Assembly (NCBI GenBank): GCA_002339135.1
Contig: DDJR01000048.1
Location: 17,989 to 81,988, forward strand
DNA length: 64,000 nt
Direction of reading: 5' to 3'
Source of the DNA: Flavobacteriales bacterium UBA2619
GTDB taxonomy: Bacteria > Bacteroidota > Bacteroidia > Flavobacteriales_D > Sanyastnellaceae
The translations under genes were made by a program, and so were the position numbers. The notes under the pieces are model-generated. The model made no database searches. It was not told the DNA's origin and saw nothing but the letters and a program-made list of their open reading frames with translations. How positions within the stretch are numbered: the first letter of the stretch is position 1; each line of letters starts with the position of its first letter. Positions 20,023 to 28,123 of this stretch are shown here, one piece after another.

Positions 20023-20556
20023 TTAGATAACCGTGTCGTAGTTCAATGATTTGGGAACAAGTTTTCCCAAATCTGTATCAAAGTAATTGCAAACACGAAT
20101 CGGCTTGGCATAAAGGTGCAGAGACATCGTTCGTTTGTCAGACAAGTTTTCTAAACTGTGATATCCGAGAGAATCATCCATAAAAGAGAGGTCGCCACTT
20201 TTAATCGTTGAGCAGTGAAACTTCCTGAGCGCACCAACAGGGTTTGCTTTGTAGATCGTTTCTCTCAATTCACCATCAATCACTTTCACCCAACATTCTT
20301 CTCCGCCGTGGTCGTGAATCGATGTGATTTGTCCTGCTTCCCAACAAAGCAGAATCAGTTCAAACTTTTCTGTATTTACAATACAATTTCTGGTATATGT
20401 TTCATGTGACCATGAACAATACTTCTCAAAAGCAAGGCTTGGCATTTGAATAGAATGAATGATCTCTTCGTAGATCGATTTATCCTCTTCAGAAAGAGCA
20501 GAACACAAGTCATCTATTGATTGAAGTGTTGCTGGGTTTGATTCAGTAAGATTCAA
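20023..20556 (-). CDS. Cysteine dioxygenase type I (cupin)
   Basis: YTRN, LLCWEAGQITSIHDHGGEECW, GYHSLEN and SLHLYAKP closely parallel mammalian CDO. Start codon in the track is TTG (20554-20556). Confidence 0.9.
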   Translation of the reverse strand: MNLTESNPATLQSIDDLCSALSEEDKSIYEEIIHSIQMPSLAFEKYCSWSHETYTRNCIVNTEKFELILLCWEAGQITSIHDHGGEECWVKVIDGELRETIYKANPVGALRKFHCSTIKSGDLSFMDDSLGYHSLENLSDKRTMSLHLYAKPIRVCNYFDTDLGKLVPKSLNYDTVI

Positions 20557-20583
20557 AATGGTGTGCCGCCTTTATTTGTTCAT

Positions 20584-20591
20584 CAAATGTA
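20584..20591 (-). promoter_or_regulatory. Candidate -7 promoter box TACATTTG for the CDO-decarboxylase operon
   Basis: Plus-strand CAAATGTA is the reverse complement of TAnnTTTG, 27 nt upstream of the TTG start. Confidence 0.35.
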
Positions 20592-20826
20592 CAAATCCAA
20601 GGTTATTCCCTAAATTCAACTGTGCACTTGGGTGGAATTCACACAATGTTGACAGTGCATCAAATATATCGATTTTTATGCGCTTGGGGGCAGATTTTAC
20701 AATCTATCTGAGTAAAATGCAATATATTTCGTGTTATTATATGTTTTGTCCTTTTTATCAAATCGGTGGCGTTTTGATTTAGACGAGTTCAAAGCACACA
20801 TTCATCAACAGCAAATTACATTCCTT

Positions 20827-22359
20827 ATGATTGACCCGGATTTTTTAATCAAAGTAACAGTTCTGGCCCTGTACGTGGGGATCTTGTTTTTCATTGGAAT
20901 TCTCGCTTCTCGAAGAATTAAAGGGATGAGCGATTATTATGTTGGAGGCAAAAAAATGGGGTTTTGGGCTGTTGCTTTTTCAGCAAGAGCCACAGGGGAA
21001 TCTGGATGGCTGCTTATCGGCTTAACCGGAATGGGCGCAATGGCAGGATATTCTGGTTATTGGGTTGTCGTAGGGGAGCTTCTTGGAGTCTTTGTTTCGT
21101 GGCAGTTCATGGCGAAACGATTCAAGAGAAGATCTGACAAATACGGCGCCATTACCATTCCTGATTACCTGCACAGTCATTTTAAATCTACAACACATAC
21201 CCTGCGCATTATTGCGGCATCTGTACTGGTGATCTTTATCGTCATTTATGTTGCTTCACAGATCGATGTAACGGGAGTTGCATTCCATTCTATGCTTGGC
21301 ATTGACTATAGGCTGGGAGCATTAATCGGGTTTCTTATTGTGATTACTTACATTTTTATTGGGGGCTTTGTGGCTGCCGTTTGGTCAGATTTGTTTCAAG
21401 GTCTCCTGATGTTTTTTGGGTTGGTTTTGCTGCCAATTGTTGTCTGGTTTTCTATGGACCATGGTGCTGGGATTACTGAAGGTCTCAGGGCCATTGACCC
21501 AACACTTACCCAAGTTATGGGGAGAAGTGATGACAAATGGATGAACCTTTTCACGATCTTGGGGTTCTCTATGATTGGCCTCGGCTTTCTGGGGTCCCCT
21601 CAAGTTTATGTTCGATTTATGTCGATTAAGAGCGAAAAAGAAATCGACAAGGGGAAATGGGTGGCTGTACTTTTCACTCTTCTAACTGATGCTGCAGCTG
21701 TAACAATCGGAATCCTCGCGCGCATCTATTTCACAAAACAAGGACAAGATCCTGAAGCTATACTTGGAAACAATGGACAAGACGTCCTGAGTATGGTGAC
21801 AGAAAGCTTTTTGCCTACCCTGCTCGTTGCAATCTTTATTGCAATTGTCTTGTCCGCCATCATGTCTACCATCGATTCTCTTTTAATCTTAGCCTCAAGT
21901 GCCATTACCCGAGATTTTTATCAAAAAATATTCCGACCACATTTGAAAGACAAAGACCTCACTAAGATTTCAAGAATCGCAACAATCATTATGGCCTTTA
22001 CGGCCTTAATCATTGCAATGATTATGAACTATGTCTCTCCCGATAGGCAGATCTTTTGGGTCATTATTTTTGGCTGGTCTGGAATTGCCGCGACATTTTG
22101 TCCCGTAATTATCCTCACACTGTTTTGGAACGGATATTCAGAAAAGGGCGCCATGGCATCTATGATCTCAGGTTTTGTCTCTGTGATTCTGTTCAATTTT
22201 GTGTTCAAAGAACTCTCCAGTGTTGGAGAGTATTTCGTAGCTCTTGATGTTCTCGCCCCGTCGTTTGTCGTGGCCATGATTGTGGGGGTAATCGTTTCGA
22301 AAATATACCCGCCAAGAGAAGAAGCCTTAAAAATGATCCGGGAAATTGATGAGGGGTAG
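20827..22359 (+). CDS. Sodium:solute symporter family (PutP-like) transporter
   Basis: Start moved to ATG 20827. YYVGGKKMGFWAVAFSARATGESGWLLIGLTG resembles the SSF/PutP signature. About 13 hydrophobic segments. Confidence 0.88.
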   Translation: MIDPDFLIKVTVLALYVGILFFIGILASRRIKGMSDYYVGGKKMGFWAVAFSARATGESGWLLIGLTGMGAMAGYSGYWVVVGELLGVFVSWQFMAKRFKRRSDKYGAITIPDYLHSHFKSTTHTLRIIAASVLVIFIVIYVASQIDVTGVAFHSMLGIDYRLGALIGFLIVITYIFIGGFVAAVWSDLFQGLLMFFGLVLLPIVVWFSMDHGAGITEGLRAIDPTLTQVMGRSDDKWMNLFTILGFSMIGLGFLGSPQVYVRFMSIKSEKEIDKGKWVAVLFTLLTDAAAVTIGILARIYFTKQGQDPEAILGNNGQDVLSMVTESFLPTLLVAIFIAIVLSAIMSTIDSLLILASSAITRDFYQKIFRPHLKDKDLTKISRIATIIMAFTALIIAMIMNYVSPDRQIFWVIIFGWSGIAATFCPVIILTLFWNGYSEKGAMASMISGFVSVILFNFVFKELSSVGEYFVALDVLAPSFVVAMIVGVIVSKIYPPREEALKMIREIDEG

Positions 22360-22513
22360 CATTCAGTGATGTAAAAAATATGTGTTAATCTTAATCGAAA
22401 AAACAAAAAGACAACTCAACTTTTGAGAGCTACAACGTTGCTGATTCGACAGTTACTAGACAGGGAATCATTGACCCCGACAGAAAAACTGTGGTTTTAT
22501 TCCAATTGAACAA

Positions 22514-23245
22514 ATGTCAATTCACAAACTGTTAAACACAACTGAACACAGGCCCTGGCCTGTACCCGAAGAAAATTGGAGGTATTATCAGGAATGGAAT
22601 CGGTCCGTTTTTCTTCATTGGAAAGTTGAGATGTCTGATTTACAACAATTTGTTCCGGAAGGATTCGAAATTGATCTTTTTGAAGGAAAGCCTTGGGTTT
22701 CGCTTGTCGCATTTACAATGGAAAAGATTAGGCCCAAATACCTGCCTTCTTTTTCACCTATTTCTAATTTTGACGAAATCAATATTCGGACCTACATCAA
22801 ATCCAAGAACAAAACTGGGGTCTATTTTTTAAGCATTGAAGGTGGAACGAATTGGTCCTGTAAGATTGCAAGAGCAATGTCTGAACTTCCCTACCGTTTC
22901 TCAAAAATGCATCGAACACAAAACAAATTCGTGTCTTTCAATTCAGAATTTAACGATGAGTTTGAAATCGAATTTAAAACCGGAAAACACATTGCGGAAA
23001 AAACTTCTCTGGACAAATGGCTTACTGAGAGGTATGCTCTTTTCCAAGATTCCGAAAAGACAAAGAACGAATTTGACATCCACCATTTAAAATGGCCCAT
23101 TCAGGAAATGAAGCTAAAAAACATCCGTGTAAAGTATCCAAGGTTTGACAAGCTCATCAACAACACACCCAACAAAGTTCAATACTCGGAAGGGGTAAAA
23201 GTCATCGCTTGGGGGAAAAGAAAAACACCTCAAGGGGCGAGTTGA
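22514..23245 (+). CDS. DUF2071 (YgjF-like) family protein
   Basis: HRPWPVP..W...QEW..SVFLHWKV, GKPWVSLVAF, FDEINIRTYI, GVYFLSIEG and LPYRFSKM match my recollection of the DUF2071 pattern. Confidence 0.72.
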   Translation: MSIHKLLNTTEHRPWPVPEENWRYYQEWNRSVFLHWKVEMSDLQQFVPEGFEIDLFEGKPWVSLVAFTMEKIRPKYLPSFSPISNFDEINIRTYIKSKNKTGVYFLSIEGGTNWSCKIARAMSELPYRFSKMHRTQNKFVSFNSEFNDEFEIEFKTGKHIAEKTSLDKWLTERYALFQDSEKTKNEFDIHHLKWPIQEMKLKNIRVKYPRFDKLINNTPNKVQYSEGVKVIAWGKRKTPQGAS

Positions 23246-23282
23246 ATCATGATGAGATACACAAAGCTGGTTACATAATTCT

Positions 23283-24086
23283 ATGAATATGAACACAAAG
23301 TCAAGGATTTCTTCAATCTTAAAAGCGAACACACTCGATGTTTCAATGGTCGGTTTACAGTCCTTTAATTTGTCAGAATTACAGCTTGATCATGATCTAG
23401 ATTTTCTGTTGCCAACCAACATTCGGTTGGGTCATTTGGTTGAGAAAATCGTTTCTGAATTCATTCGATTGTCCTCCAATTATGAAGTTCTTTATGAAAA
23501 CGTCCAGATAATTAAAGACAAAAAAACCATTGGCGAAATTGATTTTATAATTGAAGAAGTCCAGTCCAAGCAAGTTTTTCATTTGGAATTGGCCTACAAA
23601 TTTTATCTGTATGACCCAAATATATCTTCTGAAGAGATAAACAACTGGATTGGTCCCAATCGAAATGATTCATTGAGAGAAAAATTAGAGAAAGTAAAAA
23701 CAAAACAATTTCCTTTACTCTTCCACGACAGCACCAAATCAGAGTTTAAAAACATCAACGTTGATGAAGCAGAGCAATCACTGTGCTTGTTTGTCTCATT
23801 GTTTGTGCCTTATAAGCACAAAGGAGGCTTCAGCCACATGTATAAAAATGCCATTCAAGGGTATTATTTGAATCTGGAGACATTTAGAAGCTTAGACAAT
23901 GCAACAAAAACATATCATTTACCTTCAAAAAAACACTGGGGAATGGACCCTTCTGACAACGTGGTGTGGACAAATTTTCAGGGAGTAGAAAACCTCATGA
24001 CCACATTTATGAAAGAAAAACAAGCTCCATTGTGTTGGCAAAAATGCAACGGTACGTATTTGATGTTTTTTATTGTTTGGTGGTAA
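23283..24086 (+). CDS. DUF1853 family protein (PD-(D/E)XK nuclease-like fold)
   Basis: RLGHLVEKIV...TIGEIDFIIEE...FHLELAYKFYLYD resembles the DUF1853 core. Very AT-rich gene. Confidence 0.55.
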   Translation: MNMNTKSRISSILKANTLDVSMVGLQSFNLSELQLDHDLDFLLPTNIRLGHLVEKIVSEFIRLSSNYEVLYENVQIIKDKKTIGEIDFIIEEVQSKQVFHLELAYKFYLYDPNISSEEINNWIGPNRNDSLREKLEKVKTKQFPLLFHDSTKSEFKNINVDEAEQSLCLFVSLFVPYKHKGGFSHMYKNAIQGYYLNLETFRSLDNATKTYHLPSKKHWGMDPSDNVVWTNFQGVENLMTTFMKEKQAPLCWQKCNGTYLMFFIVWW

Positions 24087-24292
24087 AACTGGATTAAGTG
24101 GTCTCGTCTACTCACCGATCAACACAAGTTACATGCGGTTTTTGACCCCACTCTTTTCTCTAGCTTGATCTCTAGCAAGGGCTCTTTTAAATATTTTTGG
24201 CAAACCCCTCACAAGCCACAACTCTTTTCAATCTTCATCTTCCAGTATCTTTATCATCAATTCAAGAAACAGAATCTTTTTAAAATAGAAAA

Positions 24293-24826
24293 ATGCTACA
24301 AAATTTAATCTGGACCATGATTTTATCTTCTTTAATGACCTCACCATTAATCTTTGATTTCAATAAAAAATCGGACATCCAAAACTGGAGAATTGTAGAT
24401 GATGTTGTAATGGGAGGAAGATCTTCTGGCAACTTCAGTTTAAATGCCGAGGGTCATGGTGTTTTCGAAGGGGAAATATCATTGGAAAACAATGGCGGGT
24501 TTTCTTCTGTACGTTGTGGGTTTAAAAAAATTCAAATCAAGGACAACACCATGATTAACATCAAACTTCGGGGTGATGGGAAAAATTATCAATGCAGAAT
24601 TAAATCGAACACAGGAGAGTATTATTCTTTCATCATGCCATTCTCGACATCAGGAGAGTGGCAAGAAATTGAAATTCCACTTAAAGAAATGTACCCCACT
24701 TTCCGAGGAAGAAGACTTGATATCCCTAATTTTTCTGGCGATTATTTTGAGGAGATGACCTTTTTAATCGGAAATAAAAAGAACGAGAAGTTTAAACTAA
24801 TGATCGATAAAATAGAATTGAAATAA
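24293..24826 (+). CDS. CIA30 (complex I intermediate-associated protein 30-like) family protein
   Basis: NWRIVDDVVMGGRSSGNFSL...GVFEGEISLENNGGFSSVR is the typical CIA30 N-terminal motif. Confidence 0.8.
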   Translation: MLQNLIWTMILSSLMTSPLIFDFNKKSDIQNWRIVDDVVMGGRSSGNFSLNAEGHGVFEGEISLENNGGFSSVRCGFKKIQIKDNTMINIKLRGDGKNYQCRIKSNTGEYYSFIMPFSTSGEWQEIEIPLKEMYPTFRGRRLDIPNFSGDYFEEMTFLIGNKKNEKFKLMIDKIELK

Positions 24827-24953
24827 GCTCAAATGGTTGACCAAAACAGGATGAATGTTCGTTAATTATCCTGTTGACTTTGATTCTAATTTAGGTTGAA
24901 CTTGCGGCAAGGATATTGTAGACATAAATCCCTGCTAACTGTCTCTCTCGCTA

Positions 24954-24961
24954 TATCTTTG
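24954..24961 (+). promoter_or_regulatory. -7 promoter box TATCTTTG located 4 nt upstream of the aspS ATG
   Basis: Exact TAnnTTTG match, then TAAG, then ATG 24966. Confidence 0.4.
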
Positions 24962-24965
24962 TAAG

Positions 24966-26723
24966 ATGCACAGAACACATACTTGCGGCGAATTGCGCCT
25001 CGAACATACAGGTTCATCTGTCACTCTTTCTGGCTGGGTCCAAAAGACTCGAGACTTGGGGGGGATGACGTTCTTAGATCTTAGGGATAGATATGGAATT
25101 ACTCAACTTGTTTTCAATATGGAAACAAGCGTTGAGCTTTGCGAGAAAGCGAGAAAGCTCGGTCGTGAATTCGTGATTAAAGTTTCTGGGAACGTCATCG
25201 AACGTGAGAGCAAGAATAAAAAAAATTCAACAGGAGAGATTGAGATAGAAGTGGGCTTCCTTGAGGTTCTAAATGCAAGTAAAACCCCTCCATTTACAAT
25301 CGAGGACGACACAGATGGTGGCGATGATTTGAGGATGCAGTACCGCTATTTAGACCTTCGAAGAAACCCTGTAAAAGCAAATATTATGCTTCGCCACAGA
25401 GTGGGGATGGAGACGCGCAAGTATTTAGATTCTGTTGGGTTCGTCGATGTAGAGACGCCATACTTGATTAAAAGCACACCTGAAGGAGCAAGAGATTTCG
25501 TCGTCCCTAGCCGCATGAATCCTGGGCAGTTTTATGCCCTGCCTCAAAGCCCTCAGACATTCAAGCAACTGCTTATGGTAAGTGGTTTCGACCGCTACTA
25601 TCAAATTGTAAAATGCTTCCGTGACGAAGATCTCAGAGCTGACCGTCAACCGGAATTTACGCAGATAGACTGCGAGATGGCTTTTGTTGAGCAAGAGGAT
25701 ATTTTAAACACCTTTGAGGGCATGGTTAGACACCTCTTTCAAGTTGTTCTCGGTGTTAAAATTGATGATTTCCCAAGAATGGACTACGACGAAGCCATGC
25801 GCCTTTATGGATCTGACAAGCCAGATGTGAGGTTTGGGATGGAGTTCGTAGACATGTGTGAAGTGTCCAAAGGAAAAGGGTTCGGAGTATTTGACTCCGC
25901 AGAAACAGTTCTTGGAATCGTCGTTCCTGGAGGAGCAGAGTACACGCGTAAAAAATTAGACAAGCTTACAGATTGGGTCAAGCGTCCTCAGATAGGAGCG
26001 AAAGGACTCATTTATTGTCGAATAAATGAGGACGGAACTACAAAAAGTAGCGTAGATAAGTTTTTTAATGAAGAAGCTAGAGCGGTTTGGGTTCAAGAAA
26101 CCTCCGCAAAGCAAGGAGATCTAATCCTTCTGCTTTCTGGAGATTTAGACAAAACCAGAAAACAGTTGGGCGAATTGAGACTTCATCTTGGGTCAGAACT
26201 GGGCTTACGCGACTCAAAGGTCTTCAAACCCTTGTGGGTCATGGACTTTCCGCTGCTCGAATGGGACGAAAAAACAGAGAGGTACCACGCCATGCACCAT
26301 CCATTCACGTCACCGAAGCCAGACCAACTCAGCTTAATCGATACCGATCCAGGCAAAGTGAAAGCTAATGCGTATGACATGGTCATTAATGGTGTAGAAA
26401 TCGGTGGTGGATCGATCAGAATACACAACCGAGAATTGCAAGCGAGAATGTTCGACTTGCTCGGGTTTACACCTGAAGAAGCTGAAGCTCAATTTGGATT
26501 CCTCATGGATGCTTTCCAATATGGGGCGCCTCCACATGGTGGTCTTGCTCTAGGTTTCGACAGACTTTGCTCTATGTTCGGAGGATCTGATTCAATCCGT
26601 GACTTTATTGCCTTCCCTAAAAACAACTCTGGACGTGACGTTATGATTGATGCTCCATCTCCTATTGATGATGTACAATACGCAGAACTCGAATTAAAAA
26701 CCACATACAATCCCAATACATAA
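24966..26723 (+). CDS. aspS: Aspartyl-tRNA synthetase
   Basis: [11 protein letters not shown] start. [29 protein letters not shown] and GGGSIRIH class IIb motifs. Confidence 0.96.
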   Translation: MHRTHTCGELRLEHTGSSVTLSGWVQKTRDLGGMTFLDLRDRYGITQLVFNMETSVELCEKARKLGREFVIKVSGNVIERESKNKKNSTGEIEIEVGFLEVLNASKTPPFTIEDDTDGGDDLRMQYRYLDLRRNPVKANIMLRHRVGMETRKYLDSVGFVDVETPYLIKSTPEGARDFVVPSRMNPGQFYALPQSPQTFKQLLMVSGFDRYYQIVKCFRDEDLRADRQPEFTQIDCEMAFVEQEDILNTFEGMVRHLFQVVLGVKIDDFPRMDYDEAMRLYGSDKPDVRFGMEFVDMCEVSKGKGFGVFDSAETVLGIVVPGGAEYTRKKLDKLTDWVKRPQIGAKGLIYCRINEDGTTKSSVDKFFNEEARAVWVQETSAKQGDLILLLSGDLDKTRKQLGELRLHLGSELGLRDSKVFKPLWVMDFPLLEWDEKTERYHAMHHPFTSPKPDQLSLIDTDPGKVKANAYDMVINGVEIGGGSIRIHNRELQARMFDLLGFTPEEAEAQFGFLMDAFQYGAPPHGGLALGFDRLCSMFGGSDSIRDFIAFPKNNSGRDVMIDAPSPIDDVQYAELELKTTYNPNT

Positions 26724-27133
26724 TGTACCCAACTGATATGGTTGCCCCAATGAAAGCTGAGCTCGTTAATGCTGGCTACAAAGAACTTCTTTCCGCTGCT
26801 GAAGTCACTGAAGCATTAGACAAGTCAGGGACTACACTTGTCGCTATAAACAGCGTTTGTGGCTGCTCTGCAGGCTCCATGCGCCCTGCTATGATTCAAG
26901 CACTCGACAACGCAAAACTTCCAGAAAATCTAACCACGTCCTTCGCTGGTTACGATATTGAAGCTGTGGCTCATGTGCGTAAATTCATGCTGCCATACCC
27001 TCCTTCTTCTCCGAGCATTGCTCTTTTTAAAGATGGCAAGATCGCGATGATGGTAGAGCGTCATCACATTGAGGGAAATACAGCTGAAGCTATCGCAGAC
27101 CACCTAAGACAGGCGTTCAACGAGTTCTGCTAG
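26723..27133 (+). CDS. BrxA/BrxB-type bacilliredoxin (DUF1094/YphP family)
   Basis: NSVCGCSAG redox motif, FAGYD and PPSSPSIALF parallel B. subtilis YphP. TAATG stop/start overlap with aspS. Confidence 0.82.
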   Translation: MYPTDMVAPMKAELVNAGYKELLSAAEVTEALDKSGTTLVAINSVCGCSAGSMRPAMIQALDNAKLPENLTTSFAGYDIEAVAHVRKFMLPYPPSSPSIALFKDGKIAMMVERHHIEGNTAEAIADHLRQAFNEFC

Positions 27134-27151
27134 AACGAAAGTAGCAAGGAA

Positions 27152-28123
27152 ATGGCACGCATCCTCACCGGCATACAGAGTACAGGTACGCCACACCTTG
27201 GCAATATCCTTGGTGCGATAAAACCTGCGATAGATCTTGCAAACGATCCACTGAACGACTCATTTCTGTTTATTGCAGATATGCATTCCTTAACGCAAAT
27301 AAAAGACGGTGAAAAACTAAGGAACAACACCTATGCTGTTGCTGCCACTTGGATGGCTTTCGGTTTAGACACCTCTCGAAGCGTGTTTTACCGACAAAGC
27401 GATGTGCCTGAGGTGACTGAACTTGCTTGGTATTTACAATGTCTTTTTCCATATTCGCGAATGACTTTAGCACACAGCTTTAAAGACAAGTCTGAAAGGT
27501 TAGAGGATGTCAATGCGGGTCTGTTTAGCTATCCCATGCTTATGGCTGCTGATATTTTACTTTACGATGCCGAGAAAGTACCCGTAGGTAAAGACCAAAT
27601 GCAGCATCTTGAAATGACCCGTGATGTCGCTTCGCGCTTCAATCATAAATTCGGAGAAACGCTTGTGCTTCCTGAAGTATTAACAAGCGAATCGACAATG
27701 TACGTTCCGGGAACCGATGGCGGAAAGATGTCTAAATCTCAGAACAATACCATCAACATCTTTGACGATGCAAAGACGCTTAAAAAACTGATTAACAAAC
27801 AGCTCGTCACAGACGCGACATCGCTCGAAGACCCGAAAGATCCTGACTCGGCAGTCGTCTACAACCTGTATAAACTAATCGCTTCCGAATCTGAAGCTCA
27901 AGAGATGGCGGACGCACTGCGCGCCGGAGGATATGGTTGGGGACACGCTAAGAAAGCACTACTAGATGCTCTTGTTGACGGTTTTTCATCTGAGAGAGAG
28001 CGTTTTAACTACCTCATGTCTCACAGGGAAGAAATCGACATCGCTCTGGAGCAAGGCGCAGAACGCGCTCGCCTGGAGGCGTCAAAAGTGCTCTCGAGAG
28101 TGAGAGGGAAAGTGGGCTTCTAA
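27152..28123 (+). CDS. trpS: Tryptophanyl-tRNA synthetase
   Basis: GIQSTGTPHLGN (HIGH-like), KMSKS, and VPVGKDQMQHLE. Confidence 0.95.
   Translation: MARILTGIQSTGTPHLGNILGAIKPAIDLANDPLNDSFLFIADMHSLTQIKDGEKLRNNTYAVAATWMAFGLDTSRSVFYRQSDVPEVTELAWYLQCLFPYSRMTLAHSFKDKSERLEDVNAGLFSYPMLMAADILLYDAEKVPVGKDQMQHLEMTRDVASRFNHKFGETLVLPEVLTSESTMYVPGTDGGKMSKSQNNTINIFDDAKTLKKLINKQLVTDATSLEDPKDPDSAVVYNLYKLIASESEAQEMADALRAGGYGWGHAKKALLDALVDGFSSERERFNYLMSHREEIDIALEQGAERARLEASKVLSRVRGKVGF

Noticed and set aside
20558-20782. 74-aa ORF in the CDO-symporter spacer
   Set aside because: It has a Cys/Phe/Tyr-rich, non-protein-like composition in an AT-rich promoter region. It is more plausibly regulatory DNA.
24845-24875. 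Hairpin AACAGGAT-N15-ATCCTGTT after the CIA30 gene, considered as an intrinsic terminator
   Set aside because: It has an AT-rich 8-bp stem, a 15-nt loop and no following T-tract. That is too weak to call.
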